Part shown: positions 9,730 to 20,431 of the stretch, piece by piece
Numbering within the stretch: position 1 is the stretch's first letter
Layout: each line of letters starts with the position of its first letter
Source: Sulfurospirillaceae bacterium
GTDB taxonomy: Bacteria > Campylobacterota > Campylobacteria > Campylobacterales > Sulfurospirillaceae
Assembly: GCA_033723415.1 (NCBI GenBank)
Contig: JAWVXD010000002.1
Coordinates: forward strand, 64,001-128,000
Length of the DNA: 64,000 bases
Reading direction: 5' to 3'
The notes under the pieces: model-generated
Seen by the model: only the letters and a program-made list of their open reading frames with translations
Database searches by the model: none
What the model was told of the DNA's origin: nothing
Position numbers and translations under genes: made by a program

Positions 9730-10875
9730 TTATTTTGCTAATGCCCAATCATGATTTTTGATAACAAGCATTTGTATACCTGAATTTAAATCTAAACCTA
9801 AATGATCTTTTTTGCTCATATTGTAGATCCCGTTTAATCCTACATAACCTTTTGTTTTTTCTAATGCATCTCTAATAGCAGTTGGATTGCTTGATTTAGC
9901 ACTTTTTATAGCATCGACTACAAGATTGAGCGCATCATAAGCATATCCTCCAAATGTTGATATAGGAGCATGGTATTTCGCATCATAAGCCTTGATATAA
10001 GCTAATGAAACTTCTTTAATAGGATTTGAATCTGATAGAAGAGATGCTACAACAACCGGTGGTGAAGCAACTATAACTCCCTCGCTGGCATCACCTGAGA
10101 GCTCTATATATTTTTTAGACGCAACACCGTGAGATTGAACCAAAGTTTGAGTCATGCCTAACTGCTTAAAGTTTTTTGTAACGATCGCAGGTCCTTGTCC
10201 GAAGCCCGGATTTACAACTGCTTGAACATTTGGTGTATTTTTGATTTTTGTCAATTGTGCCGTCATATCGGTATCTTTTGGTCCATAAGTTTCATCAGCC
10301 AATATTTTAATACCGTAAGCAGGTGCAACATCCTTGCATTGTCCTCTCATTGATTTTCCAAAACCGCCATTGCCTGATATCAATGCAATATTAGTTTTGC
10401 CTTTTTCTTTTAAATATTCAAATATTTTCTGGCAAGCCATTCTGTCAGTTGCCGGTGTTTTAAATACATAAGATTTAACAGGTTGTACTATTTTGATAGA
10501 ACCTGCCATAGAAACCAATGGAATTTTTGCTCTTTGAACAAATGGAATGATTGCCATAGTCTCTCCTGAGGCAGAACCGCCAAGGATTGCAACGACTTTA
10601 TCTTGACTGATCAATCTCTTCACAAAAGTTGTTGCTTTTTTTGGACTAGCCCCTGTATCATATGCTACCAATTCCAATTTTTTGCCTAATACTCCGCCAC
10701 TGGCATTTATTTTGTCAACATAAAGCTCAAGTGTTTTAAGCTCTGGATCTCCAAGAAAAGATGCAGGACCCGTTGCTGCAACAAGTGCCCCTATCTTTAT
10801 CGTATCTTTTGCACTTACAGTGTAAGTAAAACCTAAAATTAACAGCCCTAAAATCATTCTCAAAATATTTTTCAT
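9730..10875 (-). CDS. ABC transporter substrate-binding protein, LivJ/HAAT (aromatic-acid) family
   Basis: Signal peptide, IKIG...TGPASFLG, INASGGVLGKKLEL, GYAYDA. Confidence 0.88.
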   Translation of the reverse strand: MKNILRMILGLLILGFTYTVSAKDTIKIGALVAATGPASFLGDPELKTLELYVDKINASGGVLGKKLELVAYDTGASPKKATTFVKRLISQDKVVAILGGSASGETMAIIPFVQRAKIPLVSMAGSIKIVQPVKSYVFKTPATDRMACQKIFEYLKEKGKTNIALISGNGGFGKSMRGQCKDVAPAYGIKILADETYGPKDTDMTAQLTKIKNTPNVQAVVNPGFGQGPAIVTKNFKQLGMTQTLVQSHGVASKKYIELSGDASEGVIVASPPVVVASLLSDSNPIKEVSLAYIKAYDAKYHAPISTFGGYAYDALNLVVDAIKSAKSSNPTAIRDALEKTKGYVGLNGIYNMSKKDHLGLDLNSGIQMLVIKNHDWALAK

Positions 10876-10927
10876 ATTACTTTCCTTTATGATTAGTTGA
10901 ATAAATTCAACCGTATTTTAAAGATAC

Positions 10928-10966
10928 TATTACAAGATTACTTAAACTTTCCATAAATTTGTAATA
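10928..10966. promoter_or_regulatory. Candidate PaaX operator 3 (TATTACAA-N23-TTGTAATA)
   Basis: Perfect 8-bp arms about 50 nt upstream of the binding-protein start; overlaps minus-strand TTTAAG and TAGTAT promoter-like elements. Confidence 0.65.
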
Positions 10967-11010
10967 CTTTTTTGTTAAATTTCAAATCTTATACTTTTTT
11001 ATACACTTTT

Positions 11011-11043
11011 ACTTCTTGTTATTCAGATTGAATAACAAGAAGT
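11011..11043. terminator. Perfect 15-bp hairpin at the paa cluster edge
   Basis: ACTTCTTGTTATTCA-GAT-TGAATAACAAGAAGT. Confidence 0.6.
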
Positions 11044-11171
11044 TATATAATAAATCAAAAACGCCTTGGATGCTCATGATTTATACAAAAACTTTGAAGT
11101 AAAACCTTCTATTTGATAATATCATTTTATTGTTAATGAGATAATGTAGTATAAAAGTATAGGTGTGGAAA

Positions 11172-11198
11172 AGCTTAAACCCTACAAGAGTTTAAGCT
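11172..11198 (-). terminator. Probable terminator of bactofilin gene
   Basis: AGCTTAAAC/GTTTAAGCT stem followed by a T-run on the minus strand. Confidence 0.6.
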
Positions 11199-11231
11199 CA
11201 TATAAAATATATAATTTAGGTATATTGAGTG

Positions 11232-11615
11232 TTAGAAAGCTATTTTATCATCTTTGAAATTGTCAAACTGTTTGTTTTCACTTGTATATGTATCTAGTTT
11301 CTTGTCCGATTTTACTTCATTTTTACCGCTAAAATAGCATTTAGAGTCAATCACCAAAATACGGCTTTTTATATTGCCTGTAAAAGAACCGCCCTCTAGG
11401 ATATGAACTGTATCACAATCCGCATCTCCGTCAAAAACTCCTTTTACATATAGTATCTTAGCGAATACTTCACCTACTACTTTACTTTTAGCTTCTATTT
11501 TAACTGATTCTTTGGCTTCTATTCTGCCTTCTACATCACCAAATACAACCAAGTTCTTGCCGCATTTTATTGTGCCTTTGAGTTCTGTTTCCTTAGAGAC
11601 GATCGTATCTTCCAT
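11232..11615 (-). CDS. Bactofilin (polymer-forming cytoskeletal protein)
   Basis: TIVSKETELKGTI, G-V-G-I beta-helix repeats. Confidence 0.85.
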   Translation of the reverse strand: MEDTIVSKETELKGTIKCGKNLVVFGDVEGRIEAKESVKIEAKSKVVGEVFAKILYVKGVFDGDADCDTVHILEGGSFTGNIKSRILVIDSKCYFSGKNEVKSDKKLDTYTSENKQFDNFKDDKIAF

Positions 11616-11701
11616 AATCTGCCTTTGCGTATAAATATTCTGTCAAGATCATATTATATACTATTTACTATTTTAGTTGGCTAAATATAAGTTTTTGAGA
11701 A

Positions 11702-11737
11702 CAAATGGAGCAGGTAGTGTTACCTTAGCTCCATTTG
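11702..11737 (-). terminator. Terminator hairpin after yeiH-like gene
   Basis: CAAATGGAGC...GCTCCATTTG with inner AGGTA/TACCT. Confidence 0.65.
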
Positions 11738-11749
11738 CATAAGTTAATT

Positions 11750-12778
11750 TTATAGAGTGAGAGCAAATTTTACTATGTAGAATCCGCCGAAGATAAGCCA
11801 CAAAAATAAAATTGCAGCCAAATATATAGGTTTCATACCCACATTTTTAAACTTGTCCTTGCTTGTTTCCATTCCCAATGCGGTCATAGCCATTGTTAGT
11901 AAAAAAGTATCTATAGACGTTATGTCACTCACCAAGCTTGCAGGTAATAAATTAAATGAATTGAATCCTGCTACCAAAATGAAAAATACAGCGAACCAAG
12001 GTATCGTGATTTTTGTTTTTTGTTTCGTTACTACATCTTTTGAGCTTTTAGCTAACCAAAATCCCAAGATCAATAAGAATGGAGCAAGTAGCATAACTCT
12101 TATCATTTTAACGATTACTGCAGTTTTAGCTGTTTCTGGTCCTATAGCATTTCCTGCAGCTACAACATGAGCTACTTCATGAACAGTACCGCCAATATAA
12201 ATACCAACATCTTGTGGACTAAGCGGGATAAAACCTGCTTTATACAAAAATGGATATAAGAACATAGCAGTTGTTCCAAAAATGATAACTGTAGATACGG
12301 CAATTGCACTCTTATACGGTTCTGCGTTCACGACAGGTTCAGTTGCTAAAACTGCGGCTGCTCCACAAATAGAGCTTCCTGCTGTTGTTAAAATTGTAGT
12401 ATCTCTATCAAGTTTTAAAACCTTTGTACCTACAATATAACCTATTATAAATGTAGATGCAACAACGCAAGTACTAGTTACAATACCTGCAATTCCTACT
12501 GCTTCTATATTTTGAAAAGTTAGTCTAAAACCATATAATATAATACCTACTCTTAGAAGAGTTTTTGTAGAAAATATTATCCCCGGTGTCCATTCTGCAG
12601 GAAGTTTATTTCTCAATGTATTTGCATAAATCATACCCAAAACGATACCTATGATAAGCGGACTGATCGCTAGATGCTTAAAAATCGCAAAATCAGATAG
12701 GTAAGTGGCACTCATAGCAAAAAGAGAAACAAACAAAATCCCACTGATCGTGTTACTTCTGTTTTCTTTTGCAAACAT
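11750..12778 (-). CDS. yeiH: YeiH family putative sulfite/sulfate export membrane protein
   Basis: LLRVGIILYGFRLT, GSSICGAAAV, HEVAHVVAA, KMIRV. Confidence 0.88.
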   Translation of the reverse strand: MFAKENRSNTISGILFVSLFAMSATYLSDFAIFKHLAISPLIIGIVLGMIYANTLRNKLPAEWTPGIIFSTKTLLRVGIILYGFRLTFQNIEAVGIAGIVTSTCVVASTFIIGYIVGTKVLKLDRDTTILTTAGSSICGAAAVLATEPVVNAEPYKSAIAVSTVIIFGTTAMFLYPFLYKAGFIPLSPQDVGIYIGGTVHEVAHVVAAGNAIGPETAKTAVIVKMIRVMLLAPFLLILGFWLAKSSKDVVTKQKTKITIPWFAVFFILVAGFNSFNLLPASLVSDITSIDTFLLTMAMTALGMETSKDKFKNVGMKPIYLAAILFLWLIFGGFYIVKFALTL

Positions 12779-12851
12779 TTTAATCCTTTAAATTTTTTTG
12801 TGATTATAGTGATATTCTCTTTATAAGTAAAATAAATTAATTTTGATATAA

Positions 12852-12870
12852 TGATAAATATTTTTTATCA
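12852..12870. promoter_or_regulatory. LysR-type binding site (T-N11-A)
   Basis: TGATAAA-N5-TTTATCA palindrome in the yeiH/LysR divergent gap. Confidence 0.55.
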
Positions 12871-12881
12871 AAGAGGTTTCC

Positions 12882-13760
12882 GTGACACTAAAAGAGCTAA
12901 ATATATTTTATGAGCTTTGTGAGAACTCACATATTTCACAACTTGCCAGTAGACTAGGGATAACACAATCTGCTATATCATTGTCTATAAAATCACTTGA
13001 AAACAATATAGGTGAACAGCTATTTGATCGAATAGGCAAAAAATTAATACTCAATGAAATAGGCAGACTCTTTAGAGAAAAAACTTTTCCACACTTCGTG
13101 GCATTAAGCGATGCAGAGAATTTTTTTAAGAAGAGCAAAATCTCAGGTATCTTAAATATAGCCTCCAGTAGAACAATAGGAACTTTTATAACTCCTCAAA
13201 TTGTTTATGATTTTCTTGGTATTCACTCAAATGTAGTTATAAATAAAGATATACAAAACTCACTAAATATCGTAAAATCGATCAAAGATGCTAAGATTGA
13301 TATGGGATTTATAGAATCAAGTTGTGATGAGCCTGAGATAACGAAAGAGAAAATCGGACAAGATAGAATGATAGTAGTAACCAGCGACAAAAGTCTAAAA
13401 AATGTAACTTTATATATCGATGAATTGTTTGATAGGAAATGGATATTGAGAGAAAAAGGCTCTGGGACGAGAGAAATATTTTTAGACTCTATAGGAGATA
13501 TTTCAAAAGATATAAAAATATTTATGGAATTTTCAGAGTTTGAAGAAGCAAAGACTATACTCCTTCACAATCCACAAACTATAACTTGTCTATCAAAATA
13601 CGCTGTGGAAAAAGAGTTACAAAGAGGTGAGTTATTTGAAGTAAAACTAAAAAATCTTAGTATTGAACGAAATTATTATCTCATATACAACAAAGAAAAA
13701 TACAAAAGCAAACTTTTCTTAGAGTTTCAAAAATTCGTCAAAGATTTTTTTATTGCTTAA
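12882..13760 (+). CDS. LysR family regulator (YeiE/CysL-like)
   Basis: HTH TQSAISLSIKSLE..LFDR; WILREKGSGTR; divergent from yeiH. Confidence 0.9.
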   Translation: MTLKELNIFYELCENSHISQLASRLGITQSAISLSIKSLENNIGEQLFDRIGKKLILNEIGRLFREKTFPHFVALSDAENFFKKSKISGILNIASSRTIGTFITPQIVYDFLGIHSNVVINKDIQNSLNIVKSIKDAKIDMGFIESSCDEPEITKEKIGQDRMIVVTSDKSLKNVTLYIDELFDRKWILREKGSGTREIFLDSIGDISKDIKIFMEFSEFEEAKTILLHNPQTITCLSKYAVEKELQRGELFEVKLKNLSIERNYYLIYNKEKYKSKLFLEFQKFVKDFFIA

Positions 13761-13813
13761 ATTTCATGATAAAAATGCTAAAATCCCTCTCATCTTTGAA
13801 GAGGAGAAGAAAG

Positions 13814-14443
13814 ATGGACATGCATCTTTATTTAGCATATATAAGCATATCATTTTTTACTATTATAAGCCCTGGTCCCGCAATATTGTTAGCTATAAGC
13901 AATGGATTGGCGTTTGATGTAAAAGCTGTTGTCTTATCGTCCTTGGGAAATATAATAGCTCTGTTTTGTCTGTCTGCGATAGCGATGTTTGGAGTTGGTG
14001 TGATTTTAAAGACATCAGTGATCTTTTTCACGGCGTTAAAAATAGTGGGTGCCTGCTATCTTATGTATTTGGGTATTATGCAATTTACAGGGAAACGTGG
14101 AAAAATCTCGTTGAGTGACAAAAACAATCATAAATCATATAGTAGTTGGAAAGTATTTAAAAAGGGATTTTTAGTTGCTGCTACTAACCCCAAACCGATT
14201 TTATTTTTCACAGCCCTTTTCCCTCTTTTTCTGAATCAAAACGCTCATATCACTTTACAATTTTTTGTCATGACCTTAACATTCATGGCGTTATCTTTTT
14301 GTTCTTTGTTCTTTTACGGATACATCTCAACAAGTACAAAGGCCTGGTTTTTCAATGAAGATAAATTGAAAGTATTTTTTAAAATTTCAGGCTCTCTTTT
14401 TATCTCTATGGGGATAGGTTTGCTATTTGTAAAAGAGCATTAG
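13814..14443 (+). CDS. LysE/RhtB family exporter
   Basis: ISPGPA, LKIVGACYL, GF...TNPK; start chosen after GAGGAG. Confidence 0.88.
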   Translation: MDMHLYLAYISISFFTIISPGPAILLAISNGLAFDVKAVVLSSLGNIIALFCLSAIAMFGVGVILKTSVIFFTALKIVGACYLMYLGIMQFTGKRGKISLSDKNNHKSYSSWKVFKKGFLVAATNPKPILFFTALFPLFLNQNAHITLQFFVMTLTFMALSFCSLFFYGYISTSTKAWFFNEDKLKVFFKISGSLFISMGIGLLFVKEH

Positions 14444-14520
14444 TTTTTCATTCTGATCTCTTGTGTAATTAGAATAAAATATTTTTAGAGTATAATTGCA
14501 TAAAAAAATGAAAGACAAGT

Positions 14521-15303
14521 ATGAAAAAGATTTTAATAACAAATGATGATGGCTTTGAATCTGAGGGGCTGATGGCATTAGCTGAAGCACTAAAACCTTT
14601 AGGGCGTATAACTATTGTTGCACCTACAACTGAAAAGTCTGCTTGTGGACACTCTCTTACACTTACGAAACCTCTTCGTTTTATAGAAATAGAAGATGAC
14701 TTTTTTAAACTTGATGACGGTACACCGAGTGATTGTATATATCTTTCTATCCATGCTCTTTTCACTAAAGATAATCTACCAGATATAGTCGTAAGCGGTA
14801 TAAATAAAGGCTCGAATATGGGTGAAGATATCACATACAGTGGAACGGCAAGTGCCGCTATGGAGGCGGTCTTACATGGCATACCTGCTATAGCAGTGTC
14901 ACAAGCATATTTAAACTCCCCTATGAGCCTTACAAAAAGCAGCTACGATCTTGCAAAAAAAGTCACTCATGACATAGTCAAAAAAATACTTGATGGCAAT
15001 TTCCCCTTAAGTGAGAGAAAATTTTTAAATATAAACATACCTCCTACGCAAGATTTCAAGGGCTATAGGATAACAAGAGCAGGATATAGGGTTTATGGCA
15101 ATGATGCGCACCTTCACAGAAATCCAAGAGGAGAAGAGTACTATTGGCTGGGAACTCATACGCTAGTGCATAAAGAGAATAAGGCTAAGGATTGTGATCT
15201 AAGTGCCTTAAAAGACGGATTTGTCTCTATTACCCCTATACATCTTGATATGACATCTCATGAAGATATTGAAAAATTAAATCAATGGATAAACAATGGA
15301 TAG
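14521..15303 (+). CDS. surE: 5'/3'-nucleotidase SurE
   Basis: ILITNDDG, GTPSDC, SGINKGSN, YSGT. Confidence 0.95.
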   Translation: MKKILITNDDGFESEGLMALAEALKPLGRITIVAPTTEKSACGHSLTLTKPLRFIEIEDDFFKLDDGTPSDCIYLSIHALFTKDNLPDIVVSGINKGSNMGEDITYSGTASAAMEAVLHGIPAIAVSQAYLNSPMSLTKSSYDLAKKVTHDIVKKILDGNFPLSERKFLNINIPPTQDFKGYRITRAGYRVYGNDAHLHRNPRGEEYYWLGTHTLVHKENKAKDCDLSALKDGFVSITPIHLDMTSHEDIEKLNQWINNG

Positions 15304-15934
15304 ATTCACCAGAAGTAGAATTATATTCGGGGAAGATTTTGATAAGATAAGAAATGCGAAGATAATATTGCTAGGAGTTGGGGGAGTAGGTGGTTTTTGC
15401 CTTGATGCTCTTTATAGATCGGGAGTAAAAGATATCACCATAGTTGATTTTGATACATTTGATATAACGAACCAAAACAGACAACTAGGAAGTGAAGAAT
15501 TAGGAAGAGTAAAAGTAGAAGTGATGAAGGAACGATATAAGGGGATAGAAGCCATTGAGTTAAAGATCACAAAAAACTGGGTAGAAAATTTTGATTTTAC
15601 TCCTTATGACCTAGTGATAGATGCTATAGACGATATGCCGGCAAAAGTCGCAGTTGCAAATAAATGCTACACTAAGTTAATCTCATCAACCGGAGGTGCT
15701 AAGAAATTAGATCCCACCCGCATAAAAATCACTTCAGTATGGAAAACTTACAGTGACGGATTAGCCAAAAAATTTAGATATGAACTAAAAAAAAGCGGAT
15801 TTAGCGGTGATTTTAACGTCGTTTTTTCTGATGAAGAACCAAATTGTAAAGATTTAGGCAGTTTTGTAGGAGTAACAGGCAGTTTTGGTCTTACTTTAGC
15901 AAGTCTAGCTATCAAAAAGATAACTGATAGATAA
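15296..15934 (+). CDS. tcdA: tRNA threonylcarbamoyladenosine dehydratase (ThiF family)
   Basis: GVGGVG, TNQNRQ, DAIDD, GGAKKLDPT. Confidence 0.8.
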   Translation: MDRFTRSRIIFGEDFDKIRNAKIILLGVGGVGGFCLDALYRSGVKDITIVDFDTFDITNQNRQLGSEELGRVKVEVMKERYKGIEAIELKITKNWVENFDFTPYDLVIDAIDDMPAKVAVANKCYTKLISSTGGAKKLDPTRIKITSVWKTYSDGLAKKFRYELKKSGFSGDFNVVFSDEEPNCKDLGSFVGVTGSFGLTLASLAIKKITDR

Positions 15935-15973
15935 AACTCCAATCTACAAAATCATTCTTAACTAAGAGAGATA

Positions 15974-16414
15974 TTACCTAAGTCTCTCTTTAGCTGTTTT
16001 ACCGCACTTGATTATAACTGAAGGAGTATTTTCTGAAAATCCATATTTAGTATATAGTATTATTTCTGCATTATCTTTTACAAATGATTCGTCAAATCTT
16101 TTACCTGACTCGTTGGATGAAGTAGAATATGACCATTTTATCTTTCTTAAAAATTCTAGATGTCTTTCATCTTTGACTACTCTGATAGCCAAATTGTTCG
16201 CATATACAAAAGTAGTCTTTGAAGCTCTTCTAATCAGTTTTTTGTGAGTTTTTGGTACTCTTGTAAATTTTTTTAGAGTGTCAAAAGAATCTACGCTTAT
16301 GATAAATTGTTTGTTTTTATCTCTTTTCTTGATTAGTGAAAGTTTTTCTTTGTTTTGAGATAAGAATCCGGCAGTTGTATCTGTTTGGACTAGATATACT
16401 TTCGCCGGATTCAT
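15974..16414 (-). CDS. Short Sua5/YrdC (TsaC) family protein
   Basis: QTDTTAG, KKR, AIRV, STSSN motifs. Confidence 0.8.
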   Translation of the reverse strand: MNPAKVYLVQTDTTAGFLSQNKEKLSLIKKRDKNKQFIISVDSFDTLKKFTRVPKTHKKLIRRASKTTFVYANNLAIRVVKDERHLEFLRKIKWSYSTSSNESGKRFDESFVKDNAEIILYTKYGFSENTPSVIIKCGKTAKERLR

Positions 16415-16418
16415 AATA

Positions 16419-19400
16419 TTATTTTAAATAGTCTTGTAAAGCTTTCGGTTCCAAAACACTGTCATCTTGAATTGAAGCTAAACTCTCAGCAGCTACCGTA
16501 GCAGCCGAGATAGTTGTGAAATAAGGTATATTAAATCTAAGTACAGACTGCCTAATCTTCTTAGCATCATCTTTACTGGACTTGTTGTCACTCGTATTTA
16601 TAACCAAAGCAACATCACCGTTTTTTAGTTTATCTTCTATATTTGGTCTTCCTTCGCTTATTTTATAAACGAATTCACACTCTATCCCTTCATTGCTCAA
16701 AACTTTATGTGTTCCTTCAGTTGCCAAGATATGAAAACCTAGATCATTGAATTTTTCACCTATCTTTTTCGCAAAAGATTTATCTGCATCAGTCAGTGAG
16801 ATAAATACCGTTCCTGATTTTGGGAGAATATTATGAGAAGCGATCTGAGATTTTGCGAAAGAAATTGCAAAATTTTTGCTAATACCCATAACTTCACCTG
16901 TTGATTTCATCTCTGGCCCCAAAATAAGGTCAGCTCCTGCAAGCTTATTAAATGGAAATACTGCTTCTTTGACTGCAACATGACCTTTCACTTTGGCTTT
17001 TAGTATTCCGTCTTCTTCATAAACTACTTTAAATGTATCGTAAAAAGAAAGAGCTTCTCTTAGATCTCCCTGATACATAACTCTTGTCGCAACTTTCGCT
17101 AGTGGAACACCAGTGGCTTTTGAGACGAAAGGAACAGTTCTACTAGCTCTTGGATTTACCTCTATCATGTAAACGTCATCTTGGTAAATTGCAAATTGTA
17201 TGTTCATTAAACCTACAACTCCTAAATTTAGAGCTATTTTTTTAGTTTGTTCTTCTACTCTCTTTGTAAGCTTCTTACTTACACTCACTGTAGGAAGAGA
17301 ACAAGCACTGTCTCCGCTGTGTATACCGGCTTCTTCTATATGCTGCATGATACCGCCGATATAAACTTCTTTACCGTCACATACCGCATCTACGTCAAGT
17401 TCTATTGCATTATCTAAAAATTGATCTATCAATACAGGGGAGCTGTGGCTAACACTTACTGCTTCATCCATGTATTCTCTGAGTTCGCTTTCATTATAAA
17501 CGATCCTCATAGCGCGTCCACCCAACACATAACTTGGTCTAACAAGCACAGGATATCCAATATCTTTTGCTTTTTCTATAGCATCTTCTTTACTTATAGC
17601 AGTATCGTTTTTAGGCTGTAATAGATTGTTTTCGTTTATAAAGTTAGAGAATTTTTTTCTATCTTCTGCCATATCTATTACTCTAGCACTTGTACCTATA
17701 ATATTTGCACCGATCACTGTCAGCCTTTTTGCTATCTTAAGTGGTGTCTGTCCGCCAAAATGAACTATAATACCATCTGGCTTTTCTCGCTCAACAACAC
17801 TTCTTACATGCTCAAAATCTATAGGTTCAAAGTATAAGATATCACTTGTATCATAATCTGTTGATACCGTTTCAGGATTACAATTGTACATAATCGTTGT
17901 AACATCTAAATCTTTTAATGCATAGGCAGCATGAACACAGCAATAGTCAAATTCTATGCCTTGTCCTATTCTATTTGGTCCGCCTCCTATGATCATGACT
18001 TTTTTCTTATTGCTTTTTTCATTTTTTTGTTGTGGTATTTTGGTAATATTTGTAGTTGAATATAGGTATGGCGTCAAAGCCTTAAACTCAGCACCACAAG
18101 TGTCAACTTCATTATATTCCAGATTTATTCCAAGCTTTTCTCTTGCAAAATATATATCATTTTGTGTTAATTCTAAATTGTCATACTTATTTATCAGCCA
18201 AGCAATTTTTTTATCTGAAAAGCCATAACTTTTTGCTTTTCTTAAAATCTCTTCATTGTTCAAAGCAAACATGTCTAAGCTTTTCTCAAACTCCACCAAA
18301 TCTTTAAATTGGTATAAAAACCATTTGTCGATTTTACAAAGATCGTGCACCTCATCAACACTAAACCCACGACCCAATGCTTCCATAACGCAAAGCATTC
18401 GCTCATGATTTGGTCTTCTTATTTCAAGTCTAAGCTTTTCATCGCTATATTTAATCTCATCAAAACCACTAAGTCCAGTTTCAAGTGAGCAGAGTGCTTT
18501 TTGAAATGATTCTTTAAATGTTCTGCCTATTGCCATAACCTCACCGACACTCTTCATTGAAGTAGTCAATGTTGAATCTGCAAATGGAAATTTTTCAAAT
18601 GTGAAACGAGGTATTTTGGTGACTATGTAGTCGATTACCGGCTCAAAGCTTGCTGCTGTTCCTGTGATATCATTAGTGATCTCATCAAGTGTAAATCCGA
18701 CTGCAAGTAATGTAGCTACTTTTGCAATAGGATAACCTGTAGCTTTTGAAGCAAGAGCACTACTTCTACTCACACGTGGGTTCATTTCTATAACCGTCAT
18801 TCTGCCGTCTTTTGGATTTATAGCAAATTGTACATTGCTGCCACCCGTATCAACACCTATTTCACGAAGTATTGCAAAAGATGCATTACGCATTGATTGA
18901 TACTCTTTGTCTGTTAAAGTTAAAGCAGGAGCAATAGTAATACTATCGCCTGTGTGAACACCCATAGGATCAAAATTTTCGATAGAACAGACGATTATAC
19001 AGTTATCTGCGTTGTCTCTGATAACTTCCATTTCGTACTCTTTCCACCCAAGTAGAGATTCTTCTATCAATATCTCATTTATAGGGCTGGCTTCTAATCC
19101 TCTGGTTGCCAAATCTTTATACTCGTCTATATTGTATGCAACTCCGCTTCCACCGCCTGCTAAGGTATATGATGCTCTTATGATAAGTGGAAAGCCTATC
19201 TCCATTGCAGCATCCATGGCTTCATCAAGATTATAGGCATATTTACTTTTCGGTAGATCCATGCCAATCTTTATCATGGCTTCCTTAAAAGCCTGTCTAT
19301 CTTCACCTTTTTTGATTGCCTCAGGATTTGCGCCTAAAAATTTGATACCTTTTAATAATCCCTTATCATTCATTTTCATAGCAATATTTAGAGCAGTTTG

Positions 19401-19676
19401 TCCACCCATAGTAGGGAGTATGGCATCAACTGACTCTTTTTCTATAATTTTTGAAATTATTTCTTCGTTAATAGGTTCTATATATGTTCTATCAGCAAAT
19501 TCAGGATCCGTCATGATTGTAGCAGGGTTCGAATTTATCAACACAACTCTATATCCCAGTTCTTTTAAGGTTTTAGCAGCTTGTGTTCCAGAGTAATCAA
19601 ATTCACAAGCCTGTCCTATAACTATTGGACCTGAACCTACAAGCAATATAGTTTTTACATCGTCTCTTTTTGGCAT
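16419..19676 (-). CDS. carB: Carbamoyl-phosphate synthase large subunit
   Basis: [23 protein letters not shown], two ATP-grasp domains, MGS domain. Confidence 0.98.
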   Translation of the reverse strand: MPKRDDVKTILLVGSGPIVIGQACEFDYSGTQAAKTLKELGYRVVLINSNPATIMTDPEFADRTYIEPINEEIISKIIEKESVDAILPTMGGQTALNIAMKMNDKGLLKGIKFLGANPEAIKKGEDRQAFKEAMIKIGMDLPKSKYAYNLDEAMDAAMEIGFPLIIRASYTLAGGGSGVAYNIDEYKDLATRGLEASPINEILIEESLLGWKEYEMEVIRDNADNCIIVCSIENFDPMGVHTGDSITIAPALTLTDKEYQSMRNASFAILREIGVDTGGSNVQFAINPKDGRMTVIEMNPRVSRSSALASKATGYPIAKVATLLAVGFTLDEITNDITGTAASFEPVIDYIVTKIPRFTFEKFPFADSTLTTSMKSVGEVMAIGRTFKESFQKALCSLETGLSGFDEIKYSDEKLRLEIRRPNHERMLCVMEALGRGFSVDEVHDLCKIDKWFLYQFKDLVEFEKSLDMFALNNEEILRKAKSYGFSDKKIAWLINKYDNLELTQNDIYFAREKLGINLEYNEVDTCGAEFKALTPYLYSTTNITKIPQQKNEKSNKKKVMIIGGGPNRIGQGIEFDYCCVHAAYALKDLDVTTIMYNCNPETVSTDYDTSDILYFEPIDFEHVRSVVEREKPDGIIVHFGGQTPLKIAKRLTVIGANIIGTSARVIDMAEDRKKFSNFINENNLLQPKNDTAISKEDAIEKAKDIGYPVLVRPSYVLGGRAMRIVYNESELREYMDEAVSVSHSSPVLIDQFLDNAIELDVDAVCDGKEVYIGGIMQHIEEAGIHSGDSACSLPTVSVSKKLTKRVEEQTKKIALNLGVVGLMNIQFAIYQDDVYMIEVNPRASRTVPFVSKATGVPLAKVATRVMYQGDLREALSFYDTFKVVYEEDGILKAKVKGHVAVKEAVFPFNKLAGADLILGPEMKSTGEVMGISKNFAISFAKSQIASHNILPKSGTVFISLTDADKSFAKKIGEKFNDLGFHILATEGTHKVLSNEGIECEFVYKISEGRPNIEDKLKNGDVALVINTSDNKSSKDDAKKIRQSVLRFNIPYFTTISAATVAAESLASIQDDSVLEPKALQDYLK

Positions 19677-19684
19677 CTTATTCC

Positions 19685-20431
19685 TTAATTTTTTGTTATT
19701 ATATGTAAATATGTCGGTATTTTTACATTTACGTATGGCTGGACAATCAAAGTTTTTGAAGATTCTTCTTTTACTACTTCAACAACTTTTCCAACCCTAA
19801 CTCCTTGAAAAAATATATTATCCAAACCGCTGGTTAAGACCTCATCACCTATTTTTGGATTCATCCACAATGGGATATATTTTACCAATATATCTTTTTT
19901 ATTACCCTGCAAAACTCCCGGTATCTTTTTCTTTCCCACATATACCGAGAATATACACTTTGAATCTCCCAAAAGCAAGCCCAAAGGGTTTGAGTCTTTT
20001 GCTACTGCTATCCCAGCTGCATACCCCTGATATAAAAGTCCATAGATCTTGCTCTTATTGAAATCTTTATAATCAAGCCACACTTTATTATAATCATTTA
20101 AGTTTGCATACGAAATGGCTTGTATCATCTTGACGCTTGGCTTGTAAACAGATAAGTTGTTGTCTGCCAATATCGCATTTAACTTTCCTGCAAATGCTAT
20201 GGACAAAAGAGCAGATTTTTCAAGCTTTTTGTTTTTTTCTCTTAGTTGAATTATAGTATGTTGCTGAGAAACATGCTCGTTTATTTTTTCTTTTATTTTT
20301 TCTTTTGTATTTAAATATGAAGTAAGTACAAAATGATTTAGACCCATTATGTACTTTCTTCCAATATCTGTGTAATTTGTCGAAATATATATCAATAGAA
20401 CTAAGACAAATAAAAGTTTTATTTTATTCAT
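19685..20431 (-). CDS. mreC: Rod shape-determining protein MreC
   Basis: N-terminal TM and coiled coil, [10 protein letters not shown]; follows mreB. Confidence 0.9.
   Translation of the reverse strand: MNKIKLLFVLVLLIYISTNYTDIGRKYIMGLNHFVLTSYLNTKEKIKEKINEHVSQQHTIIQLREKNKKLEKSALLSIAFAGKLNAILADNNLSVYKPSVKMIQAISYANLNDYNKVWLDYKDFNKSKIYGLLYQGYAAGIAVAKDSNPLGLLLGDSKCIFSVYVGKKKIPGVLQGNKKDILVKYIPLWMNPKIGDEVLTSGLDNIFFQGVRVGKVVEVVKEESSKTLIVQPYVNVKIPTYLHIITKN

Noticed and set aside
11112..11130. Fur box
   Set aside because: Only a 5-1-5 TGATA-A-TATCA; does not fit the 7-1-7 consensus
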